Below the pieces are notes generated by a model. It did no database searches. It was not told the origin of the DNA and saw only the letters and a list, made by a program, of their open reading frames with translations. A DNA stretch of 64,000 bases from NCBI GenBank assembly GCA_951406725.2, contig OX597814.1, positions 132,494,001 through 132,558,000 on the forward strand, written 5' to 3'. Shown here one piece after another: positions 39,006 to 53,462 of this stretch; position 1 is the first letter of the stretch, and each line of letters opens with the position of its first letter. Source of the stretch: Octopus vulgaris. Taxonomy: Eukaryota. The position numbers and the translations under genes were made by a program.

Positions 39006-39879
39006 AATATATATAGGTATGTAGTCACTTAAATGACCTATGGCCCGAACCATCACTAGTATTGATTGAGATATGCTTAAAACAACTCAATAGCCACAGA
39101 CTGACACACTCGTAGCTAGTTTCATGAAAGGCACGAAACTGGTTATTAGTAAATTTTGGTTGGTAACTGAGGATTTCTAAATGTCCTTTTTTGTCGTACT
39201 ATTTGTACGTTTTGTAGTATTTAATGCATGTTCGTGTGCGTGCGCGCACGCGTGTGTGTGTGTGTGTGTTTTATGGGGAAAATATTCTTGAGAAACAAAA
39301 ACAGAATTCAGTGAAATACTCCATGGAAAATATATCAACCAATATTAAACTTTCAACGGAAAGAAACAAGTAGGTATTTCTTTATAAAAAAATTACTCAT
39401 ATTTCTTAAAAGTATTTACTAAATGGCATTTTGTTGCCCTTCTTAAAAAATTTGTCAGTTTGAGTTTACAATGTATCTAAATACCATGCTACACACAACT
39501 ATAGACCTTCAAATTAAAGAGACTGAATTCGGTCAAGAAATTGCCAGTAGATTGAGGTCAATGTCAATAGTCAATCGCTAATATCAAATTACATTGAATA
39601 TAATGAAAAATATTTGCGGAATAGCTATACAGAATATAGACTGAATTCGTCTAAGTTTAACCACTTAAATTTCAGCTAAGTCATCATATATTATTACTTC
39701 TCTTTGAATAATTATTTTTTTACTTTTTTTATTTATTTTTAATTAAGCAAATCTTATTGTTTGCTTCAACGTTAGATAAATATTTTTTTGTAATGATTGT
39801 GATTATAAATATATTTTTTTATATAAGGAGCAGAAGAGTGACATGTGTTCATATGAAGACTTGCACTATTCAGCTTTGA

Positions 39880-40200
39880 GAGGGCCGCTTCGTTTCATGG
39901 CCAATATAAATGGTGTTGTTTTTCAAAAGGATAATGAAAGACCGCATGTTTCCTTGGGAACCACACAAAAATTGCCGCAATCGGCTGGGATGAGGTACCC
40001 CACTCTCGATATTCACCAGATATTGCTCCTTCGGATTTGCACTCATTCAGATCTCTGCAGAAAAGACTTATTGGTAAAAACTTCAATACCTTACCATGAA
40101 ACCACCTCAGTTCTGGGAGAGCGTATTTTCAAGTTAAAGGAAAGATGGAGAGGCATTGTGCAAGAAAATGGTTCATATTTGGCGGATTGAAAATGTAACG
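39880..40200 (+). mobile_element. Decayed mariner fragment (unit 3 copy)
   Basis: VVFQKDNERPH motif; paralogous to 630-950. Confidence 0.75.
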
Positions 40201-40339
40201 GCAAGTATTTATTGAACTTTTATTCCTTTGAAAATAGGCACGTACATTCTAGACGTCCCAATATAAATATATATGTATGTATGTATGTATGTAGGTATGT
40301 ATGTATGTATGTATGTATGAATGTATGTATGTATATCTG

Positions 40340-40392
<53 letters not shown>

Positions 40393-40422
40393 ATTTGTAT
40401 ATACACATATATTTGTATATTT

Positions 40423-40556
<134 letters not shown>

Positions 40557-40620
40557 TTATATATATATGTGTATATGCGTGTCTGCATGCATATATATGT
40601 ATATATGTATCTATACAAAG

Positions 40621-40672
<52 letters not shown>

Positions 40673-40673
40673 T

Positions 40674-40709
<36 letters not shown>

Positions 40710-40956
40710 TATAGATATATAGATATATAGATATGCAACAGAAATGATAAATTATATTAAAAATAGATTCGGAAAGTTCTTAAGACAAAATTTTACTATG
40801 CCTATGTTCCTGCGTATTAAGATAAATCACAAGGAACCACACCCGCCTAACAGGTAAAAGAGGAAACAAATCTTATACCATGTCCTGGTTCCTTCAGGCG
40901 CTCTGCAATTTATAATGATCACAATATATTTCACTTAATATCTGATCTTTCACATT

Positions 40957-41071
40957 ACCGGAAGTAAATTTTTCCTTAAATTTGTTAGTTCCTCCTGTTT
41001 ATATTTATATTTTAGTCTTCATTAATCTTTGTGACATATGGTAATTCCACGGTAAAAATATTATATATAAG
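40957..41071 (+). promoter_or_regulatory. IL17 copy 5 promoter (ETS, kB-like, TATA)
   Basis: ACCGGAAGT at 40957-40965, GGTAATTCCA at 41040-41049, TATATATAAG at 41062-41071. Confidence 0.58.
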
Positions 41072-41204
41072 TAATCTCTGAGGAGATGTTATCATCACAA
41101 GCGAATATCATTTTGATAAACTCGCACGCTCAAGAATTATCTGTAAATACGTACATATATACTACGATTGTCATCCTTTCCATTCCAAGTGACCATACGT
41201 TATA

Positions 41205-41219
41205 ATGAATACCACCAAC
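41205..41219 (+). CDS. IL17: IL-17-like copy 5, coding exon 1 (MNTTN)
   Basis: ATG AAT ACC ACC AAC|GTAAGT at 41220. Confidence 0.85.
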
Positions 41220-41401
41220 GTAAGTAGACAAACCTTGTTAATATCATCTGTAATATTTATATCTTCAGTCTTATGTCTATGCTTACTCTTCTATCATTCA
41301 TAGGAATGAGTGAATCATTTTGCTTATGTACTTAACGCAGATTGGTACTATACATATGATACGTATTTCTATGGCTGTGATATATTGATCTAATTCTGGG
41401 C

Positions 41402-41463
<62 letters not shown>

Positions 41464-42197
41464 ATATATATACATATTCAATATATATATATATTTATAA
41501 ATGGCACCGTTTTTTTCATAACTCTTTTAAACAAATTTAATTCTTTAATCTCACTTCTAATTTAACTAGAATTGCAGTTGGGTGTCTGAGAGCACACAAT
41601 TGGCAGGTGTTAAAGGAGAATTTGTGCAAAAGATTTAAAGAACCTTAAAACAGAAGGATATGAAGCACATAAACTCTGTATTCATTTCCCTCTCTATTTA
41701 ATTATTTATTTGTTAAAGTAAATAACACCTTTGATCTTGAATGTCAAGGTATTCTTATAATAAGATTCCTCATCTAAGTATCAAATCCGGCCAGTACATA
41801 GAAGAATCCCATCTCCAGGCCATCGATAGTTTAATAGATGAAGGTAAATGCCGACACCGCTTAGCACCAGTGACAACATACCTTAATTACAGAGCTTAGG
41901 GGAGTAGAGCAACGTGAAATAAAATGCTTTGGTTAAGAACACAAAACACAGCCCGGCACGGAATTCGATGCTCTAACCACTGACACATGTGCCATCAAAA
42001 TTATCTGTTAGAAAGTGGCATAAACTCTGTTCATAGAGCTTTTGAATGCTATGCAATCATTCTTCGAATTATATTTTCATAGCAAACGATGCTTATGGAC
42101 GGAGTTGAAGTCGGGATCGACTCAAAGAAAGTTACAATACACTCCACATTCCAATAAACATTTCCTTTTTTAGCCCTCTTATACATACATATGTACA

Positions 42198-42282
<85 letters not shown>

Positions 42283-42669
42283 TCTTACTTTATTTTTGTA
42301 ATTTTAATTTTTGTAGCTTTTACTTTTTAACTTTTTATTTGAATTTTTATCTGAATTATGGCTTGTACTGTACGGTCCAGAGGACCTAATTTAAACATAC
42401 CTATTTTACACGTACTTAAGTGTTTTAAAAAATTCAAATATAGTTTATAGTATTAAACGATGATAAAGTGATATAAGGGCCTAATGATTGGGTGAGTGAA
42501 AAAGTCAGTCAGTCATTCATTCAGTCAGTAGGACAGTCAGTCAGTAAGTGAGTGACTTGGTGTGAGCGATAGATGTAGTATATAATACTTGATTTCGTTT
42601 ATTCATTTAGCTGTGTGTTACATTGAACTGTAATTACTCATTTTCACATATACATTTTATATCACGCAG

Positions 42670-43200
42670 ATTCTGCTCAGAGTTGTGATCTTCCTCCTCA
42701 CCAACGTCGTATTGTTCATATCCTCGGCGTCAATTCCGACTCAATGTAATATACCAAACGACTTGAAAGTTCAGTACGAAAAACTCTACAACGCAGCGAT
42801 CGGCAATAACTTTTTCCTACCAGCTGAAATATCTCCAGCTGGAAGTGACCAACAAGCATTATTCGTAGGGGATAAAACTTGCCCAACATCTTCCGTATCT
42901 ACTGATATCATACGCGAGCGTTCAACCTGCCCATGGTACCTGAAAATTACCCACAATTCCACATATTTTCCTCCATCACGCACAGAAGTCGTGTGTCGCT
43001 GTACAGACTGTCTGGACTCTGACAGTAACCATCAATGTGTGATGGTGTATACTCCAATGACTGTACTGAAACGTACAGCTGAATGTGTTGATGGACTGTA
43101 CGTTTATAAACCAAGTGTCATCGAGGTTCCTACAGCCTGTGTGTGTGCACGGAAAGTCGATGTAATATCTGGAGGAAATGACGATGAATATGAGTCGTAA
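42670..43200 (+). CDS. IL17: IL-17-like copy 5, exon 2 (gene join 41205..41219,42670..43200; 181 aa)
   Basis: Acceptor atcacgcag|ATT. Reads ILLRVVIFLLTNVVLFISSAS; intact IL-17 domain. Confidence 0.92.
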   Translation: MLLRVVIFLLTNVVLFISSASIPTQCNIPNDLKVQYEKLYNAAIGNNFFLPAEISPAGSDQQALFVGDKTCPTSSVSTDIIRERSTCPWYLKITHNSTYFPPSRTEVVCRCTDCLDSDSNHQCVMVYTPMTVLKRTAECVDGLYVYKPSVIEVPTACVCARKVDVISGGNDDEYES

Positions 43201-45341
43201 TATCGGCCAACATCATCAAACATTTAAATGTGTGTAACACAAATGTTTTTCATAATGTTATGGAAGTTTAAGTAAACCACTGTGTGGTTGTTATAAGAAA
43301 CATATACGTAACATGCACACACAGACACACACACACACAAATTATACAAGCGTATATATTTAAATATGTACTCTTACGCTATTTCTTTCTTTCGCTGACA
43401 TTCGCTCTCTCGCTCTCTCTTTGTGTTTATAGATACACACAACACACACACACAAACACAGACACAAAATCACTCACATACACACATATACATACAATTA
43501 TAAATATATAAGCGTATATAGAAATATGCATATATTTACATGCATTCATTTAAAAACTACATTCATACATACATTGACAAAAGACAGATCTCTAAATGAA
43601 ATATATTTCTTGCTATTTTGTTTTTCTATAGTGTAAAAATGGAGGGAACTCTTATCTTGCCTACCATCATATTTAACTCAATTAACATTTCCTTTTTTTT
43701 AACCTAAACCTATATCAAGATTCTTTATATATAAATAATTGAAACCGATAAATGGTGTTGAATGAATTTACATATACGTTACATGTTCCTAACGCTAAAT
43801 ACTTCGATATTCATGGTTTAATTCTCATTATAAAAATCAACAAAGCCTATAAATTCAGAGACCTGTACACACATGAAAGTGCACATGTTATCTTACTTTG
43901 CTGGCATTCTGATAATAATGGTAATAATTCTGGTAATAATGTACAACATTTCATTCCATTTGAGTAACATTTCAAAAATATAGGAAGATTATTCATACAT
44001 TTTACATGCATTAACTTGAGTGCATATCTGACTGTCATTTTGTTTTATATTTAAATTACATAAATGAGATGTAGAATTACAGCCGTTTCATAAATTTCTT
44101 CATGTATTAATTTCACTATGCAACGATTTATACTTACATGCTTTCGTTCATATCATTGCTCATCCTTTTACAAAACAATTTTATATTCACAAATTGATTG
44201 AAATAAAGAAAGCTAGCGTCCTTGCATATTTGACATGACACTACGTTGTAATTGATGATCATGTGAACTTATAGAGATTACTGTGATAACCGCAAGATTC
44301 TCAGAACCCACATCCATATCATATAGTTACTTAAACATTAGTACTCAGTCCCCCAGAAATTTAACACACATAATAACGTTTATGTAATATTTACATAAAT
44401 ATTTAATTCAAACTAATATATGAAACAAAATATATATAAGCATTTTTGCATATATTTAAACATAAATTCATATATGTATGTTAGCAAATGTAGGCTAATG
44501 TTTGTGTGTATGTTTATTTGCAGGCAAACATGCACCTTCACACACACGCGCGCGCGCGCACACACTCACACACACATACACACACATATATATATACGTC
44601 ATAATAACTGAATAAAAATATTTTTCAAGATAAACTATTTAATTTTTCTATGTATATACTTACAATTATAGTTATCATCCGTAGATTGATTGTAAAACTG
44701 TTTAAATATATAATTCTCTTGCTTTTCCATAATGCAAAACCTAAGACATATATATGTTAATTTGTATCATATATTTATTGTATTGTAAACAATTGGATTC
44801 TAATATCAATAAAAAGTTTATTTCAATACATAACGTGTCCTTTGCTATGTTCATATTTTCATTCTCTGACTTGAATAAAACCTGTTAACCTCCATTCACT
44901 GACTGCATTAGTCGCTGAACATGAATGAATACACTATACCCTAAAAATATGCAGTTAAATTTATTGAAGCAGTTTTCCTGCTACACTCTGAAAGGAAAAG
45001 CCCTGCAATTATATGAAATTTCAGGCACTTCACAATCGGTCGAACATCAGTCTAAAATCGGAATACACTAACCCAGAAGGTAATACACTAATTGCACCAA
45101 ATCCTGAACTTCTAACCTCTCTTACACATAATCTTTTTGACTCAGGGACTAGTAGACCAGATACCGTTTAGTATTCGGTATGCATTCAAAGCAATGATTA
45201 GTAATTTTCGACACCGCTATGCTTTTGAATCTCTTTAACAATTCACAATAATGACTTTTGATCATTTAATTCCTACCTCAGTTCATCTAATTGCATATAT
45301 CTATCGTTAATTTTCATTACAACCCATTCTTCTTACTTCCC

Positions 45342-45403
<62 letters not shown>

Positions 45404-45589
45404 TGACTTGAACGGTTTCACATTTTCAATAAAATATTATCAAAAGTAAAATATAAAACTTTGTATAAGCTTTGTTGTGTTAAAAAATTGTTATCATAGT
45501 TATATTTAAATACAGTTATACAGTCTTTGATAATGATGCGAAAATGTTAAGATGGTCTTTATGTTTAAACAGTTTACATTAAATGGGTA

Positions 45590-47036
45590 AATCCCCCGTC
45601 AGTACCCTCTTTGATACGGTGTATATCTTCAGTACTGAATTAAGAATGGAGTGAAGTATGTTCGTCTTGATGAGACTAACACATTTGTGTATGGACGAGC
45701 TAGAAATACCATCGGGGGAGGTTATGAAGCAAATAGAAGACACGGGCTCTAAGTACTTGGGGATATTGGAAATGGATAAATTGGTGGAGGAACAAATGAC
45801 CGGACAATTTAAGGTGGAGTACTTGCACAGACTAAGTCAAAATTAAGCAGTTGAAATAAGATTGAAAGTGTAAACACCTGGGCAGTTTCAGTCCTTAGAG
45901 ATGGAACGGGCTTAATCGCATAGACAGTCGACGAACTAAACAGCTTAGACAGAAACACAAATAAGTTGCTGATTAGATATGGGTTACTCCACCCAAAAAG
46001 TGACACAAGCAGACTGTATGTACCACGAGAAAGAGCGGAAGTGGACTGATTGAATACGAAAACAGAATTAGAGCAGAAGAAAAACATTATAGCATTTTAT
46101 GCAAAAAATGCCACAGAACCGCTATTATTGGACGTAGGAAGGTTACGCTTGTTTAGGATGGAAGATTGCAAAGATAACACACTGTTCAAGCACTTGAGAA
46201 TGAATGAAACTGAAAATTAGTGGCTAAAGAAGAATGCATGGACAATTTGATAGGGTTGTTGAATATAAAAAAATGAAGATGGTTATGGATCACTAAATTC
46301 GATTTAAACCCGGAAACGGTGATTTTAATTTGTGCTGCCCGAGAGTAAGCATTGAAATACCAATTACATCAAATATAGAATAGACAACACATCAGAAATT
46401 GATAAGTGCAGCATTTTTGTACAAAATGGTGAAACCGTATCACATTTTACCTGTCAATGTACGCCACTAACGCAAGGATTGTGCGTTGGACACTTTGCAA
46501 CAAGTATTCACTTGATAGCGTAAAAAAAGTGGTACAAACATACATCTGAAGGCATCATGGAAAATGATAATGCAAAGATTCTATGGTATTTTACAATTCG
46601 GTGTGACTATAATACAGAGAATAGAAAACCAGACATAGTGTTAATTGAGAAAGAGGGTAAACTAAGCTGGATCATGGTCAGCTGACAACAAGGCATGCGA
46701 TAAGGAAGAAAGAAAAGTCGATAGATATGACAGGTTAGCTTGGGAGATTAAACAGTTGTCGTCGTTGTGGTCGCTGAAAAATGTGGTAGGAGCACCAATA
46801 ATTGTCGGAAAGCTGGGAACAATGAGTAAAAATCTTGAGTAGTACATAGAACATATAGAGGCTGCAATAATAGTGGAGCACATGCAGAAATCAGCTCTGC
46901 TCGTAAGAGCTTGAATAATCTTGATGGTACTCGAAAAATAACGGTTGTTTCCTTAGTTCACTGTAGTTAACAGCCAAAACAGTAGTACGTCTCCAGCGTT
47001 CCAGGCTGTGCAACGACAATGTAATAATAATAATAA
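45590..47036 (+). mobile_element. Decayed R4/Dong-like RLE retrotransposon (unit 3 copy)
   Basis: Paralogous to 6250-7692; ends in (TAA)n. Confidence 0.72.
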
Positions 47037-47143
47037 ATGCCTCACAGACCCGCCCGAGAATATGGGAAACACTGTTATTAATATAGAAAATCACGAATGC
47101 AAACAATTTAGTTGATGTGAATATATTTTGTGTAAATGTGTAT

Positions 47144-47198
<55 letters not shown>

Positions 47199-47968
47199 TA
47201 CACACGCCCATAAATACATATATATATGTGACTGAGTCAGAGCGCGTTGTGCATACTGAAAGTTCCGTCTTTTTGTGTTCACGGATTGGACGCTTCGTTG
47301 AGCATGTCACTCCAATTCACGTCTGACGAAACGGCCTAGCCTTCCTGCAGAACTCATATCCTCAATGAATCGCGGGTTAAATGTTGGTCTGATCGAGTGC
47401 ATGCTTACTCACGCGTAAATAAACATCTAAAATATTAGCGACGACTATCTAGTCTTTTGTGAGGTACAGCTATGGTTTTCTAAATAGATTTGAACGTACA
47501 CACTTATGTAATCAAGTATGTATTTATAAGGGTATCACATGGCATCAAAAATGAATAATTCCAGTAATTGTTTTTGACAATAGCTTTTCTCGTGTAACAA
47601 GGTTGCAGCTATGATTTACGTATGTATGTATGTATGTATGTATGTATGTATTTATGTATTTATGTATGTATGTATGTATGCATGTATGTATTTATGTATG
47701 TGTGTGTGTTTGCGCATGTGTATGTATATGTGCGTGTGTGTGCGAGACTGTGCACGCGTCTTTATGTTTTTGGCCCTCAACACCGGTTGACAAACGGTGA
47801 TGTTATGTTTACATTCAGCAACTTAACACTGCCGCAAAATGTTCGTTGGGATAAGTGCCAAGTTTGAAAAACGGACTGGTGTTAATTCAATAACCTAAAA
47901 ATTCTTGAATGCGGTGTCACTGGCCGCAATCTCGTGACCGGAAAAAGTAAGTACTTAGATACACATAT

Positions 47969-48042
<74 letters not shown>

Positions 48043-48093
48043 CCTATAATTCCTTATTCATTAATTCTTTTACTTCATTCAGTCCCTAGACAC

Positions 48094-48193
48094 NNNNNNN
48101 NNNNNNNNNNNNNNNNNNNNNNNNNNNNNNNNNNNNNNNNNNNNNNNNNNNNNNNNNNNNNNNNNNNNNNNNNNNNNNNNNNNNNNNNNNNNN
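48094..48193. other. Assembly gap (100 N)
   Basis: Run of exactly 100 n, typical of an unsized scaffold join. Confidence 0.99.
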
Positions 48194-49353
48194 TAGGCAA
48201 ACATTGCCAGTGGTTCCGAAAGGCTCAAGGGTGGATGAAGTAATGGCGTGTCTTAAGTCTTCACCTCTATGGGGTCATGTTGTTACTTTAAAGTTAGAAT
48301 CCAACATGAGAGCGCGCTTCCATGAGGACCCATTGTCAGAAGATTTTCGAGGGACATTCTCTTTCTTGGCAATGGTGAAGTTCCAGAGGACAGAGATGAT
48401 GTTAACATAAGTAACATTTTCACAATAGCCAGTACTATCCAGAGTTTTCAGGACCAGGTCTTTCCAGTCCTAAAAGTCCACAACTGAGATCTAGATTGGC
48501 ATTGCCAAAGAGCTATTTTGGCCCCTAAAAACGTTGCGGTCAGTACAATCAACAACAGCCTCTTACTGCGTTTGCCTGGTGACATGACAGTCTATACGTC
48601 AGTAGACACCATTCCCAATCAGGTGAAGTAGTTGATTATCCCACTGAATTTTTGAATTCCTTGGAGCCTTCAGGTGTTACCTCCACATATTCTTAGTCTT
48701 AAAGTAGGTAGCCCTGTTATGCTGATAAGGAATTTAAATCCACCGACGTTGGGCAACGGTACACCTCTTGTTATAACAAAATTACTTCCCAATGTCATTG
48801 AAGCAACGATTATGACTGTCTGTGGTAAAGGTCAAGACGTCTTCATACTGCGAATTGCCCTTGTGCCTTCAGTTGCTGACTTACCGTTCACATTCCGCAG
48901 AGTGCAGTTTCCAATTAGACTCAGTTACGCCATGTCTATTAATAAGTCTCAGGGACAATTTCTGTCTGTCGTTGGACTTTACTTAGCCGAACCGTGCTCT
49001 TCATGCGGTCAACTGTACGTTTGCTGCTCAAGAGTGGGTTTTTAGGAACAGTTTACATGCCTTCATCTCCCAGGGGAAAACTAAAAAATGTTGTTTATAA
49101 GGAAGATTTGTAAACTTGCTGCACTGGTGCTATATTTCAGTCCTACATTATTGCTGTTATAACTTTTGTTGCTTTATCATTTCACTTGATTGTTGTCGTA
49201 GTATTACACGTGCGGTTCCCTTAAAGAGTTACTTAGATGTTAGTCTTGCCATAAAGCGTGAAAGGTGCTTAACGGAGGGGGTGTTAATCGCTTTATTAGT
49301 TTCTTAGCCTTTTCGAACTAATGCACCCGGACAACGTCGAGTACGCCTGCTAC
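48194..49353 (+). mobile_element. Helitron 3' fragment (PIF1-family helicase C-terminus), decayed
   Basis: LPPHILSLKVGSPVMLIRNLNPP..NGT, RVQFPIRLSYAMSINKSQGQ and GQLYVCCSRV are PIF1/Helitron motifs. Upstream AILAPKN motif. Degenerate terminal hairpin acccggacaacgtcgagt followed by ctac at about 49325-49353. Confidence 0.85.
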
Positions 49354-49439
49354 TGTGTTATAAAGTAAATGGACAGATTTAAAAGATCGAGACAAAGAGG
49401 AAACTAATATTGTTTCTCAAGAGAATTTTGATTGAATGA

Positions 49440-50330
49440 AGAAGTTTAATACCAATGCTCTCTGTTGCATTTCTTACCGCAGTTTGTCAGGAATCGCAGA
49501 TAGCGGAGCATCCAGATACCTTTGAATACATTTACATCCACTCCCCGTAGGGTTTTCAGTTTCTTTGGTGAGATATTGATAATCTGTGGGCTGTTGATCC
49601 TTAAGTTATTACAGTATGTAGTCCTGCTATATTTGGCACTATACTTGTATATCGTGTTGTTCCTATTCTAGTGGTAGTTCTTCAAAGTTCTTTAACGTAT
49701 GGATCACTACATATCTTTCTAGTTCTCTGCCCGAGAAGGTGAATTTTATCGCTTTCAGCCTCTTCCAGTACCCTAGTTATAGCACTGTAACGATCTTCTG
49801 GTAGTATAATTTCTAGTGGTGAGGAATAGATCAAACGTCTGACAAGGATTGTTCTTCACAAAACGAGCACAATTTCCTACTCTCACGTCTTGATATCAAA
49901 ATCCACCCCAGCAACCTTTATCACATCGTTGCCATCTCAGTAATGTGTTCGCAGATTTATAGCGAATAGCTCGTAATTTTCAGGCTTTAAATTGCATATT
50001 ATTTACTTCGGCCTTCTTGTAGACTGGATTAAGTTAATGCCGCGGTTGTCTGGCATGATCAGAATACTTCATTACCTGTAAAACTTTTATATCATTGGCA
50101 TAGATTGTGAGAAAGTATGTCTGAGTTGTATTCGATAGAATATCCCTAAGACATTTCCATATGGGACTCCTTTCAAGATCAGGGAGGGCTGTACTAGTTG
50201 CATCCGTCTGACTACAACCTTTAAAAAATCTCTTGAGCCACACGACTAATCTCCAAAATATTTCCAACGTCATGTAGTTTCTAACACACCGACCATTCTA
50301 AAGTCGAGTTATATAAAATCTATAAGGAGA
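49440..50330 (-). mobile_element. Highly decayed CR1/L2-like LINE RT fragment
   Basis: ORF 50034..50273(-) contains LTIYANDIKV (YADD-like). A second relic, NLLETVQKRTIRLI, lies at about 52270-52330(-). Confidence 0.5.
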
Positions 50331-51451
50331 ATATTCCACAATAAAACTAAGGATGTTTCCGTACAAAATAATTGTAAACGGAAAGGCTTTACTCTTCAGA
50401 TAACCGGTGTTGATAAACTATATTCCAGCAACATAAATGAATCGATTTTAATTCTCTTCATATTACAAGTTGTCTAATCAAAATGATTATTTTTCAATTA
50501 AATCTATTACTTCTATACACCTAGTCTGCTTAGATTGCATAACTATGCAAAGCTATTTATGTACATGACTGAATGAACAATTTTATAATACTACTTTAGT
50601 AGTTTGTAAGCATTTTTTAAAATAGTTTGTGAAGGCAGTTTCTAGGTTAGCGCATTAAATCCACGAAGGGCGATAATTTGCTTAAGGGAGGTAACTACTA
50701 CACTATGCATTGATTTTTCTCCCCTTAGTTTCTATACTTGAAGTTGTCTTTTGCTTTTTTCTGTTTTTTTTTTTTTGCATTCTAACTGTTTGTTACATTC
50801 TTAAGCAAATATTGATTGAACAGAATTTGATAGTCAGTGGTACTTGTTACACTGAACTATAGAAACTAAGATATGACTTTATTAATGCTATAAGTAAAAT
50901 TTCAGGAAAACTTAAAATGATATCAAACATTGACCAAATTTCTTTTTCCTCTGGTTTTTTTTTTTTCTCTCTCATTGAATTTATTTTGACCATTGTTGCC
51001 TTATGAATTAAATAAGTTCGCGGCCACTTACTTAGTGTTTACAAGTCGAATAACATCGCCTCTCACTTATTATTCATTATCTAAGCAATTCCATTTTTCT
51101 ATGTATATTTAACATTTGAGACATTGAAATGCTAAAGGAGGGTCAAATAGGTAATGAGAGAAAAAATAATAGTCGACGAAAAAATAATAGTCGACGATAA
51201 TATTTTCTTTATTGAAGGGCTCGATATGAATCACGACTATTCAATAAGAAATTCTTAAAGGAGGGCCAAATAGGTAATGAGAGAAAAAAATAATAGGCAA
51301 GAGATAATATTTTCTTTATTGTTTCAATAAGTAGGCAAGACCATTCCAGACAAGTGTAAAGTTGTGGTGTGCAAAGAAAAAACAAAGTTCACACTATGAT
51401 TTGTCGAACCGTAAGCGAACCAATTTCCAAGTAAATATGCATAAATATGCA

Positions 51452-51730
51452 TAGGCGCAGGAGTGGCTGTGTGGTAAGTAGCTTGCTTACCAACCACACG
51501 GTTCGGGGTCCAGTCCCACTGCGTGGCATCTTGGGCATGTGTCTTCTGCTATTGCATCGGGCCGACCAATACCTTGTGAGTGGATTTGGTAGACGGAAAC
51601 TGAAAGAAGCCTGTCGTATATATGTATATATATATATGTGTGTGTGTGTGTTTGAACGTGTCTGTGTGTGTCCTCCCAACATCGCTCGACAACCGATGGA
51701 TTTGAAAACACTGGTAAGAACATACCCTTT
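51452..51730 (+). mobile_element. tRNA-derived SINE
   Basis: Head ggcgcaggagtggctgtgtggtaagtagcttgc...gttcggggtccagtccc and body gtgagtggatttggtagacggaaactgaaagaagcc. A reverse copy lies at about 9000-9120. Confidence 0.75.
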
Positions 51731-52412
51731 CGAAGATCTGCTCGTAACTAACAGTGCCAACAAACTCAAATAAGCAAGCGAAGAATTTCTGTTCTCCCCT
51801 TTCCACCAGCGTGGGTTAAAATCGATCCCCAGGACGTATTCGTTGTAAGGCCTAGTACTTATTCTATCGATCTCTTATTGCCGAACCGCTAAGTTACGGG
51901 GACATAAACACACCAGCATCGGTTGTAATGTTGGGAAGACAAACACAGACACACAACAAATACACACACACACACACATATGTCATATATGTTCACAGCA
52001 TTTGTTACTAAGTCAAAGCCGATAGGAAGCGTCGATGCTTCCTAGGGCTAAACAGCGGTGGTGTAATTCCCATACGGGACTGTCACGTTATGTTGACAGT
52101 ATACAACCACTCTATCGCTCCACCACCGCTCATGTCTCTTTGAGACATTTAGAAATTTAATATTTCTAATAAATAATGAACTTATTGTATACAGTGCTCA
52201 GATGCAATTCATCAGAAAAGAAAAAGTAACCAAAACTTAATGAACAGTATAAAGAATAAAGAAGTGAACAGTGAATAAGTCTGATTGTACGCTTCTGAAC
52301 AGTTTCCAGGAGATTGACATGCCGAGCAAGATAGGAGTTCAATGTTATAGAGAATGGGTAATTATCAACCTCATTTTTCAGAAGGATTAGTAGCAAGGTG
52401 TGCTTGTTTGTT

Positions 52413-52455
<43 letters not shown>

Positions 52456-53462
52456 ATAAGTGTGTGCTCGCGCGCGCGTGTGTGTGTGTTAGTGAGTATT
52501 AGTTTAGTAATCTATAGTCGCGCTTGTTGTTCTCGTTTCTTATCTGCAGATCAAATTTTTTCGAGCAAACATGTGACCAAAGATAATCATACAATTACTT
52601 TTAGATATGTACTTTGTGTCTAAAAGGAGATTCAACTGCAATTTGTTGTTATCGTCATCGTTGTCATAGTTTTTGTAGTTGATATTACAACTATAATGTA
52701 TAATGTTTCGCTTCCCTGCAAATACATTTACTAAAAGTAATTTTAGAAGCGTGAGAGAAATTAAATCACTTCCTTTTTTGTTTTGAAGACCGAATGTTTT
52801 AATATATTTTGCCTTTGTTGTTACAACGCTTCTTTCTTCCTATATTTACTAAGTCCATTTCACTGTCAACACCAATTAACTACATTTCTCTTTCTCTAAT
52901 AAAGGGAGGACAAAGCCTGTGCCTCTTTATAACATTTCTCATGGTTGTATACACCATGAGGAAATGAGGGAACAATATTCAAGTCTAGGATTTACAACAG
53001 ATATATTACTTACTAGTAATTTACACTGAAGCGCAAAAAAAAATCGAGATTTTATCAAATGTCATTTTTATGTTAAATTCTTAAAATTTATTCCAGGGGT
53101 GTAAGTGTAAATTTTCCAAGACATGCTGATTTATGGCTGAGATCCAAATTCAGGTAACCTCTCATCTTTCCCTGAAACAAGACACCGAAACGCAGCTGCG
53201 TTGAATGCCGTAGGTGGCAGACGCGATCAATTGTCATGGAAACCGATATGCACGCGCATCTCATGGAGGTTATCGGTATAAAAATCAAAATGAACTGCGT
53301 TCCAGGCATTCGTAATTTCTGCGTAAAAGAACAATCGTTGGGTAGTTTAATTTGTTGAAGGCTTCTGGCCAGGTACGTCGAACTACTAAAACTGTTAATT
53401 TGTTGCATTTTTTCAAAAACACATAGCTTGTTCAGCAAGCTTGAGTTTTTTTTTTTTTTTTT

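Noticed and set aside
48674-49045. Host PIF1 helicase gene
   Set aside because: Intronless, interrupted by stops and frameshifts, and followed by a Helitron-like terminal hairpin.
52933-52966. Isolated hairpin catttctcatggt-tgtatac-accatgaggaaatg
   Set aside because: Single occurrence with no associated element ends or gene; chance cannot be excluded.
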